A stretch of 64,000 bases of DNA from Dictyostelium discoideum (lineage: Eukaryota): contig CM000153.2 of NCBI GenBank assembly GCA_000004695.1, positions 3,392,001 to 3,456,000 on the forward strand, read 5' to 3'. The translations under genes and the position numbers were made by a program. Under the pieces are notes generated by a model. The model had not been told where the DNA came from. It searched no databases and saw only the letters and a list, made by a program, of their open reading frames with translations. Position 1 is the stretch's first letter; each line of letters opens with the position of its first letter. Below, in pieces: positions 13,313 through 33,658 of this stretch.

Positions 13313-14459
13313 TAATCTATATTTATAATATAATAATAAAAATAAAAATAATAATATTTACTGTTAAATTTAAATTCAAAGCTTCGATTATATCATCTAC
13401 TAAATTAAAATGTTGATAAAATGAAGAAACTAAAATTGATTCGACTGTATATAAAGTTAAATTTGAAACTAAAATTGGTGTTAACCAAGATAATATATCT
13501 CTATATCCTGATCCATAAATTGACTTTTTAAAAGTAAAAAAAAAAAAAAAAAAAAAAATCATTAATATAAAATGAATATTAAATTTCAAATAAATAATAA
13601 TTATAATTATAATTATAATTATAATAATAATAATAGTAATAATAATAATAATAAAATATATGATACATACTAAAATCTCTTTTGAACTTATTACTCTTAA
13701 AAATACAGATACTAAATATTGAACTCTATTTGAATTTTCTAAATTCTCTTCAACTATTGGTTTAAATCCTTTGATTTTAAATGCTAATGGTCTACCACCA
13801 AAATTTGGTTGTGCAACTGATGATTCCAATACAATATAAGGTATGTAAAATATTGTTGGCTCATCATTTTTAGTTTCTTCACCATTAGTTATAGTTTCAT
13901 TGTTACTACTACTATTATTATTATTATCATCATCATCATTATCTATATCTTTAATATTAATTGTAATTTCTTCTCTTGAGATTTCTTTACCATTTGAAAA
14001 GAATGATATTTTTGGTTTATATTTATTGGTAGCATCTATAGTGCATGTGAAAATGATACCATCGGGTCTTGGTATTGATAATTTTTTAACACATAATTTA
14101 ACGACTGTATAGGATTTGGGTAATAACTTTGGAAATGGTTTCTCTTTGGTTTTACATATTGCCCAACCAAAATTAAGTCCATTAGTTCTACTCGGTATTA
14201 AATCATACATCCACTTACCTGAACTAATTGGTCTCATCGTTGATGTAAAGACACCAAGTTTTGACATCTCTGGAAACAATATAGTCTTTGGTACATCATA
14301 TATCTCTTTAATTGGGTATTGTTTCTCTAAATATGCTATAAATGCTTTAAATACTTTTACTGAATCTCCAGCAAGTTGAATTGTAATATTGTTACCATTA
14401 TTATTTTTATTATTGTTATTATCATTGTCATTATCATTATCATTATAATTATCATTATA

Positions 14460-14540
<81 letters not shown>

Positions 14541-14627
14541 GTCTTTGTCTTTGGTATACAGATTTAAATCAATATCCAATCTATTTAATATATCAAAATT
14601 AAATATTTTTTTATATAAATAATCCAT
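10388..14627 (-). CDS. Large C-terminal RING (C3HC4) finger protein, putative E3 ubiquitin ligase; 6 exons: join(14627..13671, 13523..13362, 13172..12945, 12862..12290, 12212..11616, 11515..10388), ~1214 aa
   Basis: The ORF-track pieces 13323..14627, 12927..13151, 12245..12709, 11604..12203 and 10388..11512 are all on the minus strand. They connect in frame through GTATGT/GTAAGT/GTAAAT donors and AG acceptors. Introns are 13524-13670, 13173-13361 (contains (GAT)n), 12863-12944, 12213-12289 and 11516-11615. C-terminus has CTICYSSTEDTEFLPCNHRSCHHCIILHLLTKNTCFFCREKI (C-x2-C-x11-C-x-H-x2-C-x2-C-x9-C-x2-C), preceded by poly-Q, poly-S and acidic tracts. Real ATG at 14625-14627 with A-rich upstream. 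The N-terminal 1000 aa could not be assigned to a family. Confidence 0.5.
13236..13312. repeat. (GAT)n / (ATC)n microsatellite, intronic (RING gene intron 2)
   Basis: About 25 perfect ATC units on the plus strand. It lies between donor GTAAAT (13361) and acceptor ttttag (13173-13174), so it is predicted to be spliced out. Confidence 0.7.
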
Positions 14628-15429
14628 TTTTTAAAAATAAGTGGTTTGTGTATTTGGTTTACACTATATATATATGATATATATGTATATATATATTTTT
14701 TTTAAAAAAAATTTTAATGAACAAAACAAAAAAAAAAAAAAAAAAAAAAAAATTAATTAAAAAAAAATAAAAAAAATAAAAAATAATTTGTGAAAAAAAA
14801 AAAAAAAATTAATAAAAAAATATTAATATTGATAAAAATAAAAAATAAAAATATTCTCTTTTTTTTTTTTTTTTAAATTTTCTTTTTTTTTTTTTTTTTT
14901 TTAGTATATATAATTCTTTGGGAGAAGGTGAATCACTAGTGAAGAAGAAGAAAAAAGAAAACAATTAAAAAAGTTTTAAATTCAAATCAATATTAATCAA
15001 TAGCATCATTGACTAGTCATGATATCCATCAGTTAATAATACGATCACTTGAGTGAAAACTTTGAAATTTATATCAATCAAATCATGTGATTTCTTTATC
15101 ATTAAATGATAATTAATGGTAGCCAAGTACAATCAATACAGGTAATATTAATGTTTGTAAACAATAGATACAGAGATGATTACAACAACAACCATAATAA
15201 TTACATCAATAACGGTACCAACAACTACAATTACATTAATTGAAGCTAGCGTTAATAGTTCATTAAAGATTTGCTCAACATTATTTAATCCACCAAAATA
15301 GTAGTAAGTGGATCAACAATCAAAAAATCACCCCTTAAATTTTATGTAAATGTTGTTCAAAAAGTCAAATTTTAACAAATTATCCAAAATCAAATTCAAT
15401 GACGTAAAAATAGCAACAATAATAATAAT

Positions 15430-15519
<90 letters not shown>

Positions 15520-16173
15520 TAAATAATAAATAATAAATAATAAATAAAAAATAAAAAAAAGTAAAATGAATAATGAAAATTATAAATCTAAAAAACTTAT
15601 AACACTAAAAATAATTACAAACATTCGAATGTGTTTTTTGTTTTTTTATTTTATTTATTTGAATTGATAATTGAATTCATTTGATATTTTTACACATTAA
15701 TCAATGGAAATGGTGCAACATTAATAAATGATGGATTTTATTATAGAGTTCCTTGCTTTTTATTATTAATTTTTTTTTCAAAGTGTAATTTCTTTGTTGA
15801 CTTTTTCTTTTTATAACTAAACTATTTCAATTCAGATTCGGTCCCAAAAAGGATTTTTTAAAAAAAAATTATATTTAAAAAATAAAAAAGGGGTAAAACG
15901 GGTTTATTTTTTTTTGAATTTGGAGGAAAAAATAATTATTTAATTGAGTAATCACTTAATCTGTATCATCATTTTTATAATTAAAAAACAATTATAAAAA
16001 TTTTATAATAAAAAATAAAGAACAAATCAGGATAAAATTCAATAAAAAATTAAAATTTATTAAGTTTTGATCAACAGATAAAGAATAACAAATAAAAAAC
16101 GACTTTCCTAAAAAAGGATTTTTTTTATTTTTTTTTTTTTTTATTTTTTTTTTTTTCCCTTTTTTTTTTTACA

Positions 16174-16262
16174 TTACCATAATTGTATTAAAACTTTTTT
16201 TATTACCAAAATTGTATAAAAAAATTTTTTATTACCAAAATTGTATAAAAACTTTTTTTTTT
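16174..16262 (+). promoter_or_regulatory. Three tandem ~29-bp units TTACCA(T/A)AATTGTAT(T/A)AAAA(A)CTTTTTTTTA, ending 64 bp upstream of the ATG at 16326
   Basis: Direct triplication seen at 16174-16202, 16203-16232 and 16233-16262; position is consistent with a promoter-proximal element. Confidence 0.4.
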
Positions 16263-16325
16263 AATAATAATCATACACACACACAATAAATAAAAATTCC
16301 AATCCAACAATAATAATTTTAAAAA

Positions 16326-16751
16326 ATGATAATTGAATGTAAACCAGTTTTTAAATCCAACAGAAATTTATATATTTTTTTAGTTATTATTTTAATTTCA
16401 TTTTTTATTACATTACTTATATTTCTACCAAATATATTAAAAATTATTTTCACCTCAGTTTATTATATATTTTATGGTCTTTATTTAATAATGTATCTTT
16501 TAGCTTGTATAGCATTAGTATTCTCATGGTTATATGTTTTAATTTGTATAGAGGATTTAATATATATTTTTTATGATATAATAACAACAATATCAATAAA
16601 TATTTTTCAGTTTATTAAGTCGATCCCAAATAAAACAATAGTAAAAATAGAAATAAAAAAAAGGGAAAATATATATTATGATAGTGATAATTACTATCAT
16701 GAATATGCAAGTTCAAATTTGATGGAATATAAAAGAAAGGGTAGATGGTAA
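16326..16751 (+). CDS. Hypothetical multi-pass membrane protein (141 aa). The same frame stays open for 32 more codons after the TAA, to 16850
   Basis: ATG 16326-16328. Hydrophobic stretches FLVIILISFFITLLIFL, IIFTSVYYIFYGLYLIMYLLACIALVFSWLYVLICI. TAA at 16749-16751 is followed in frame by YYPNHPSRSISKSSSKYSDSSISSGSRLNEL, then TAA at 16848-16850. Confidence 0.45.
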   Translation: MIIECKPVFKSNRNLYIFLVIILISFFITLLIFLPNILKIIFTSVYYIFYGLYLIMYLLACIALVFSWLYVLICIEDLIYIFYDIITTISINIFQFIKSIPNKTIVKIEIKKRENIYYDSDNYYHEYASSNLMEYKRKGRW

Positions 16752-16856
16752 TATTACCCAAATCATCCAAGTAGAAGTATTAGTAAAAGTAGTAGTAAAT
16801 ATAGTGACAGTAGTATCAGCAGCGGTAGCCGGTTAAATGAATTATAATTAAGTTTT

Positions 16857-17076
16857 TCAAAGTTATCAACACTATTTGTCATTAAAACTGTACTCAGTTG
16901 CAAATTTCAATTTACCATAGACATACAAAGTTATCAACACTATTTGTCATTAAAACTGTACTCAGTTTGTTTCAAATTTCAATTTACAAAAGACATACAA
17001 AGTTATCAACACTATTTGCCCAATTTGTAAATTTAAGGGAAAGGGACATACAAAGTTATCAACACTATTTGTCCTT
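16857..17076. repeat. Tandem array of 4 units (50-75 bp) sharing the core ACATACAAAGTTATCAACACTATTTG(T/C)C
   Basis: Core copies start near 16857, 16921, 16993 and 17046. Units 1 and 2 also share ATTAAAACTGTACTCAGTT..CAAATTTCAATTTAC. The array lies in the 3' flank between convergent genes 16326(+) and 17194-17475(-). Confidence 0.6.
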
Positions 17077-17193
17077 TGAAAAAAAAATTAATTTCTAAAT
17101 TAAATAAAATAAAGTTAAAGTTTTCATTTAAAGTTTAAATTTTTTATTTTTTTATTTTTATTTACATTTATTTATACAATTTTATTTTTATTT

Positions 17194-17584
<391 letters not shown>

Positions 17585-17925
17585 GTATAATTTTTTTTTA
17601 TTTATTTATTTTTTTTTATTTATTTATTTATTTATTTATTTACAAATTTTAAAATAATAATACAACATGTAATTTTTAAGAGTTATTTTTATTTTACAAA
17701 ATTATTAAAAAAAAAAAAAAAAAACAACAAAAAAAAAATTAGAAAAAAAAAAAAATAATAATAAAATGAAATCACTGAATTGTTTCAAATTATTTTTAAA
17801 AATAACCCCTACGGTTTTTATTATAACCATTTTGATCAAAATTTTTTTTTTTTTTTTTTTTTTTTTTCGAAGTAAAAAATAATAATAATACAACAGAATT
17901 GATTTAAAATAATCTCTTTTTAAAT

Positions 17926-21089
<3,164 letters not shown>

Positions 21090-21186
21090 TTTTTGTTTAA
21101 AAGGAAACTTTTTTTCTGATTTTAAATTTTATCGAAATGTATTAAGTGCATTTTTTTTTTTTTTTTTTTAAAAAAAATAAGGTCTG

Positions 21187-21242
21187 TTTTTTTATTTTTT
21201 ACAAAAACGACGGTTTTTTTTTATTTTTTACACAAACGACGG
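21187..21242. promoter_or_regulatory. Direct repeat of T-rich block + ACA(A/C)AAACGACGG, ~100 bp upstream of the FG-GAP/EGF gene start codon
   Basis: TTTTTTTATTTTTTACAAAAACGACGG (21187-21213) and TTTTTTTTTATTTTTTACACAAACGACGG (21214-21242). The GC-rich AACGACGG core stands out in the A/T desert. Confidence 0.35.
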
Positions 21243-21587
21243 TTTTTTTTTTTTTTTGTGACAAAGATATTTTTAAAAAATAAATATCTTTTATTTTGGT
21301 TGAATTTTAAAATAATCACATGATAATTTCTTTAAATTTTAATTTTTTTTTAAAAAAAAAAAAAAAAAAACAAAACTTTTATTTAAATAATCATTTTAAT
21401 TTTAAAACAAAAAAAAAAAAAATTAGAAAATAACTTTTGTAAATAAAAAATAATCTTTTTAATAAAATCAATCCAAAACATTATTTAAATTAAACCAAGA
21501 TAAAAAATTTTTAAAATAGATTTCTAATTTTCATAAAATAATATCCAACAATTTTTGACATTCGATCGTTTGCCAGATTTTCAAATG

Positions 21588-21639
<52 letters not shown>

Positions 21640-21751
21640 ATTGTTTTATAAAAAATTGGAAAATATCTTTTTCCATAAAATTTGTTATTTGATTAAATAT
21701 AATTACAACTTTATTTATTTATTTACAAATTTTAATACCATATTTTTTATT

Positions 21752-21789
<38 letters not shown>

Positions 21790-21813
21790 TTTTTTTTTTT
21801 TTTTTGTTTTTGT

Positions 21814-22983
21814 TTACTTATTGCTATCACTTCTAGCTCTTAAAAGTCTAACGAAAATATTTAAAATATCTAAAAAGAGATCAATTGAAACTCTAATGTA
21901 ATCTGGTTTACCTTCTTGAAAAGTTTTGACAGCATTGTGAGTATCTAAAGCAGTTAAACCAGTGAATAAAGCAAGACCAAAATAGAGATCAAACTCTTGA
22001 GCGAAACGGGTGAAAGTATTCTCACCCATCATTATTGAAGTACCAATTGAAACCAAACCCAATCCGAAAAGACCAAACAAGCTACCATAGAGTATTGGTT
22101 TATATTTGGTTAAACTATCAGGTTTCATCTTTAATGCAGCAAAAGCACTACCACCAGTAACGAATACACTTAAAGCTGCGACCCCCAAAACTGTAGATAC
22201 TGGTAGTAATCCGAAAGCGGGTGATAGTGAAATTCCATTGAATACACAAAATGAAACGAATGCCATTTTATGTAACGTTGAATAATTGGCAACTGTAATT
22301 GGTATAACCGATTTACTGAATTCTTCAAACTCTATTACACTTTTACCACTTTTATCAACACTTTTTAAAATTGGTTTCTTTACACTATTATCCAATGGAC
22401 CATCCCAAATGGTGTCATAAGTTGTATATGTAGGTTGTTGCATATTGCAAAGTATTAAGGACAACATTGATCCGCCAACTCCCAATCCCAATGCGGTTGG
22501 CAACGATTGCGGACTACCGACCATCAATTGGGAAAATATTAAACCTGATAAAATTGTACCAGCGAATGCAATTGCAGTTGTAATATAAACATTCTTTAAA
22601 AATAATTTTAAACCAATATTTGTTTTAATTAAATGGAAATAATCATCATAATCTTTTTTTAATAATAAAAAATTACTATCTTTAATTATATCCGAAAAAG
22701 ATGGATTTCCGAATGGTGTTGTTTTACCATAATTTCTATTATTTAAAAAATTATTATTTTTAAAATAATTTTTATTTGAAATTAAATTATATTTATTTTT
22801 AAAATTTAATAAGGTATTATTATTACTATTAATATTAATATTATTATTATTATTATTATTACTAAAAAATTTATTATTATTATTGACTTCACCAACAATA
22901 ATATTATTATTAATTGGTAGTTGTGTTAAATTTAAATAATTCTTTTTAATTTTTAGAATGTTACGAAAATTTGAACTTAACAT
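21814..22983 (-). CDS. Bax-inhibitor-1/TMBIM family protein, GHITM (TMBIM5)-like, probably mitochondrial
   Basis: 389-aa single ORF, real ATG. N-terminal basic/hydroxylated presequence-like MLSSNFRNILKIKKNYLNL, poly-N linker, then 7 predicted TM helices. C-terminal BI-1 family signature ...DTHNAV...DYIRVSIDLFLDILNIFVRLLRA. Confidence 0.6.
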   Translation of the reverse strand: MLSSNFRNILKIKKNYLNLTQLPINNNIIVGEVNNNNKFFSNNNNNNNININSNNNTLLNFKNKYNLISNKNYFKNNNFLNNRNYGKTTPFGNPSFSDIIKDSNFLLLKKDYDDYFHLIKTNIGLKLFLKNVYITTAIAFAGTILSGLIFSQLMVGSPQSLPTALGLGVGGSMLSLILCNMQQPTYTTYDTIWDGPLDNSVKKPILKSVDKSGKSVIEFEEFSKSVIPITVANYSTLHKMAFVSFCVFNGISLSPAFGLLPVSTVLGVAALSVFVTGGSAFAALKMKPDSLTKYKPILYGSLFGLFGLGLVSIGTSIMMGENTFTRFAQEFDLYFGLALFTGLTALDTHNAVKTFQEGKPDYIRVSIDLFLDILNIFVRLLRARSDSNK

Positions 22984-23233
22984 GTTAATTTTTTTTTTTT
23001 AATTCAATTATTATAAATTAATTATGAAATAAAAAATAAGAAAAAAAAATTTAAATGGAAAAAAAATAAAGGAATGGAAAAAAAAAAAATTAACAAAAAA
23101 TAAAAAAAAAATAAAAAAAAAATAAAAATTTTGAAAAAAAGATGTCACACACACTCAGATAGATTTGCAAAAAATTTGGATTTTTCAAATAAATGTAAAA
23201 AAAAAAAAAAAATTAAAAAAAAAAAAAAAATTT

Positions 23234-23269
<36 letters not shown>

Positions 23270-23703
23270 AAATTTAAAAAAAAAATTAAAATTCAAAAAA
23301 AAAAAAATCACACACCACAACATTTTATTTTTTTTTAGACAGTCTTGATATAAAGATATAAATAAATAACTAAAGATATAAATAAATATATAGATAATAA
23401 AAATAAATTTAAAAATAGAATTTTTTTTTTAAAAAAAAAAAAGAAAATAAAAGAAAATAAATAATAATAAATAATAATAATAATAATAATAATAATATTA
23501 ATTTAATTTAATTTAATAAATAACAATAATAATTATAATAAGCAACAAAATTTTATTATAAGAAAACTTTTTTTATTATTTTTTTTTTTTTATTTTCTTT
23601 TTTTTTATTTCAAACATCATTTAAATAGAAAATTTTATAAATTATATATAAAGTAAAATAAAAATAAAAAGAAAAGACATTATTAATATAAAAAAAAAAA
23701 AAA

Positions 23704-27613
<3,910 letters not shown>

Positions 27614-27728
27614 ATTAAATTTTTTAAAAAAAAAAAAAAAAAAAATTAAAAAAAGAAATTAAATTATTGTAAATTATTTTAAACTAATAAATAAATAAAT
27701 AAATAACAAATTTATTATTAATTAATTA

Positions 27729-27998
<270 letters not shown>

Positions 27999-28007
27999 AA
28001 TTAATCA

Positions 28008-29017
<1,010 letters not shown>

Positions 29018-29520
29018 TAAAATTGAGGATAATAAAAATTTGGTTATATCACAAAATATCCTTCTTCTACAATTTTATCTTGCATTCCATATAGCCAATG
29101 GTTCAATGATCCATTGTTTGCTCATGATAAAAATGGAAGATCCAGAAAAGGTGGTCTTCAAGATCTTTCTTCTCAAATTAGATCTGGTCAATTATTCATA
29201 GATAGAAGAGTTGGTGATTCTGTCATTGCTCAAACTCAAAATGTTGATAGTTTAAGAAAAAATTTTAATCAACTTCAACTACAACTCTAAATGCTCCACC
29301 AGCTATTAAAATTGAATTACCTTCTCAATCAATTTTAAAACCATCAGTTCATTTAAAAAATAAATTAAACTTTTTTAAAAAAAATAAAAAAAAATAAAAT
29401 AAAAAATAAAAAAAAGAAATTAAATTATTGTAAATTATTTTAAACTAATAAATAAATAAATAAATAACAAATTTATTACTAATTAATTAATTAATTATGA
29501 CTTATTATTATTATTAATAT
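29018..29520. pseudogene. Mosaic of decayed duplicate fragments: dienelactone-hydrolase exon-2 5' piece (29018-29093, minus orientation), formin fragment (29094-29122), frameshifted copy of the formin 3' end and its 3' flank (29123-29520, + orientation)
   Basis: 29018-29093 is ~85% identical to 30296-30372. 29094-29122 matches 27105-27135. 29123-29400 aligns to 27378-27640 with ~10% substitutions and two 1-bp deletions. 29400-29520 matches the formin 3' flank 27640-27740. A further partial copy of that flank sits at 29625-29700. Confidence 0.55.
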
Positions 29521-29734
29521 TTATAATACTCTTTTAAATAATTCAATTAAAAAAAAAAATTTTAAAAAAAAAAAAAAAAAAAGAATAAAAAAAAAAAAAA
29601 GGAAGTAATAAAAAAAAAAAATTAAAGAAATTAAATTATTGTAAATTAATAAATAACAAATTTATTATTAATTAATTAATTATGATTTATTATTAATTAA
29701 TTAATTATTATTTACTATTATTTATTATTATTAT

Positions 29735-30586
<852 letters not shown>

Positions 30587-30804
30587 TTATTTTTTATTTT
30601 TTATTTGTATTGGATAACAATGAACTAAAAAAAAAAAAAATCAAATTTATAAAAAAAGGTCTGTGAAAATAAAAAAAAAAAAAATAAAAAAAAAATAAAA
30701 AAAAAAAAAGTCAAAATATCTAAAATTGACACCTGATCCAAAAAAAAAACTATGACCTAAAGTCAGTGTTGTTAATTAAAAAATCATTCTTTTTTTTATA
30801 TTTG

Positions 30805-30984
30805 TTTTCATAACAAAAAACATCATTAATCACGAGATTTTTTTTATTTTTTTTAAATTGTTTTTTATTTTCCAATATTTTTTTTTTTTTTAAAATTTTC
30901 ATAACAAAAAACATCATCAATCACGAGATTCTTTTTATTTTTTTTAATTTATTTATAATTTCCAAGTTTTTTTTTTTTTTTTAA
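30805..30984. repeat. Tandem duplication (2 x ~90 bp) of TTTTCATAACAAAAAACATCAT(T/C)AATCACGAGATT(T/C)TTTTTATTTTTTTTAA... in the divergent promoter region between the hydrolase (-) and MetRS (+) genes
   Basis: Unit 1 is 30805-30896; unit 2 is 30897-30984; ~90% identical, head-to-tail. Confidence 0.6.
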
Positions 30985-31028
30985 TTCTCTATTTTATTTT
31001 AGTTTTAAAACTAATCGATATAAGGTTA

Positions 31029-31059
<31 letters not shown>

Positions 31060-31689
31060 ATAAATATATTATAACTATTAAATATTTATTTTTATTTTTT
31101 ATTTTTTTCTATCATGCATTGATTTTGATACGAATGGAATTAAATTAATTAATTGTTCCATCATTTTTTTTTTCAATAATGAAAAAAAATAGAGCACTTA
31201 AATACACAAAATGAAAAAAAAAATGAATATAACCATTCTGTTTTAGAATATTTTTTTTTCCATGATCAAAAATTTTATTTTTATAACTTAGTTTATCATT
31301 TTTTGTAATTGTTTTTTTCTTTTGAGGGAATATATTTTATATAAAAAAAATAATTTCTAAAAAAAAACTAAAAAAAATTGAAAAGATTAAATTTGTATAT
31401 TTTTTTTTTATTTATTAAATTTGGATGTTTGAAAAAATAAAATTAAAAAAACAAATAAAATAAAATAATCCAGATTTAATTCATTAATTTTTTGATTTTT
31501 AAGATAATAAAAATTAAAAATAAAAATTTAAAAAAAAAAAGGTAATTTCGCCTAATCATTTTTAAACAATAAAATAAATAAATGAAAATAGGAAATTAAA
31601 AAAAAACTTATAATAAAAAATAAAAAATAAGCCACAAAACATTTTCAAGTCAATTTTTTTTTTTTTTTTTTACAAATTTAATCTATTTC

Positions 31690-31724
<35 letters not shown>

Positions 31725-31739
31725 ATCACCTTTAAAAAA

Positions 31740-33574
31740 ATGTTGAAACTTTTAAAACAAATTTCAACAACCTCAACTTTTAAAAAACCATCATCAATAA
31801 ATAATGGATTTATTAATATAAATTTATTTAAAAATTATTGTACATCAGTTAAACAAGAAGATAAAAAAAAAGTATTAATTACAACACCAATCTTTTATGT
31901 AAACGGCCCACCACATATTGGTCATTTATATTCAGCATTACTTGGAGATGCATTAGGTAGATGGAATAGATTTATTGGAAATGATACATTGTAATATTTA
32001 TCACTCACACACACACTCAATCACTCACTCAGACACACAAACACAATTATTATAATAATTAATAATTAATAATTAATATATTAATTAAATTTAATAGATT
32101 TATGACAGGTACAGATGAACATGGTAGTAAAGTTGATGAAGCAGCAAAAAAGAATGGATTAAAAACAATTGATTATTGTGATAAAATTTCAAATAGATTT
32201 AGAGAGTTATTTGATAAAGCAGATATAAAATATGATGATTTCATTAGAACCACTGAACCAAGACATAAAGAAGCAGTTACTGCAATATGGAATCGATTAC
32301 TTGAACGTGGATATATATATAAAGGTGTTTATAAAGGATGGTATTGTACATCTGATGAATCATTTTTAACAGATGATCAAGTTACAGAAGGAATGTCGCC
32401 AATTACACCACAGAATCCAATTAGTAAGAAATGTATGATAAGTTTAGAGTCTGGACATGAAGTAAACTGGATTGAAGAGGAAAATTATATGTTTAAATTA
32501 TCAGAGTTTTCAAAAACCATTGAAAATTGGTTTGAAGAGGTTAAACCAATTTTCCCAGCAATTCACGTCAATTTATTACGTTATATGTTAAGCCAAGGCA
32601 TTAAAGATCTTTCAATATCAAGACCATCATCTAGAATCCCCTGGGGTATAGAAGTACCAAATGACCCATCACAAACCATTTACGTTTGGTTAGATGCTTT
32701 AACAAACTATTTAACAGTTACAGGCTACCCAAATGTATCACCAAATTCATCACAATCGCATTGGTCCAATGCAACTCACATCATTGGTAAAGATATTATA
32801 AAATTTCATTCAGTATATTGGCCAAGCTTTTTAATAGCAGCAGATTACCCACTTCCAAAATCAATTATATGTCATGCCCATTGGACTGTAAATCGTGAGA
32901 AAATGTCAAAATCTCGTGGAAATGTAGTTGACCCATTCTTGGCTATTGATAATCACGGTTTGGAATTAATCCGTTATTTCCTCTTGAAAGGCGGTGGTTT
33001 AGAGAATGATGGTGATTGGTCAGAACATGAATTGGCAGTTCGTTTTAAATCGGATTTAGCCGACACCTATGGTAACCTAATCTCAAGATGCACTGGTAAA
33101 GCATTGAATCCATCTGGTGAGTGGCCAAAATCAGTCACTGACACCTCACTATTCACAATGGATGATCAAAAATTAATTGAAAATTCTTCAATCCTAGTTA
33201 AATCAGTTTCGACACATTATGATCGTGGTGATTTCAAAAGTGGTATTTTCGAAATTATGACATTCCTCTACGAATGTAATCTCTACGTTCAAAATCAAGC
33301 ACCATGGAAATTAGTACCAAAACCAAATCGTGTTGGTTCTGACCTCATTAGATTAAATACCATCATCTATATTGCAATTGAAATGATTCGTATCACTTCA
33401 TTACTCTTATCACCAATTATACCAACTTCTTCAAATTTAACTTTAAATTATTTATCAATTCCATTAGAAAATAGATCAAATCCTTCAAATTTTAAATTTG
33501 GTTATAATTATCATCAAAATCAAAATAATTTAAAATTACCAAAAGAAATTTTAATTTTATTTCATAAAAAATAA
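31740..33574 (+). CDS. Methionyl-tRNA synthetase, mitochondrial-type (class I aaRS); 2 exons: join(31740..31990, 32098..33574), ~575 aa
   Basis: N-terminal presequence-like [20 protein letters not shown] motif as [27 protein letters not shown] donor at 31991, acceptor aatag at 32096-32097 (phase 2). Exon 2 has TGTDEHG and the KMSKS motif ([14 protein letters not shown]). Its short length and lack of C-terminal extension fit an organellar MetRS. Confidence 0.8.
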
Positions 33575-33658
33575 ATAAATAAATAAATAATAATTTTTTA
33601 TTTTTTTTATTTTAATATTTTTTTTTTATTTTTATATTTTTTTTTATTTTATTTTATT

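Noticed and set aside
16857-17076. Possible CRISPR-like spaced repeat array
   Set aside because: Eukaryotic genome; units vary in length and share flanks, no cas genes; interpreted as a minisatellite.
21641-21901. ORF 21641..21901 (+)
   Set aside because: Poly-T/poly-Phe low-complexity promoter region antisense to the 3' end of the GHITM-like gene.
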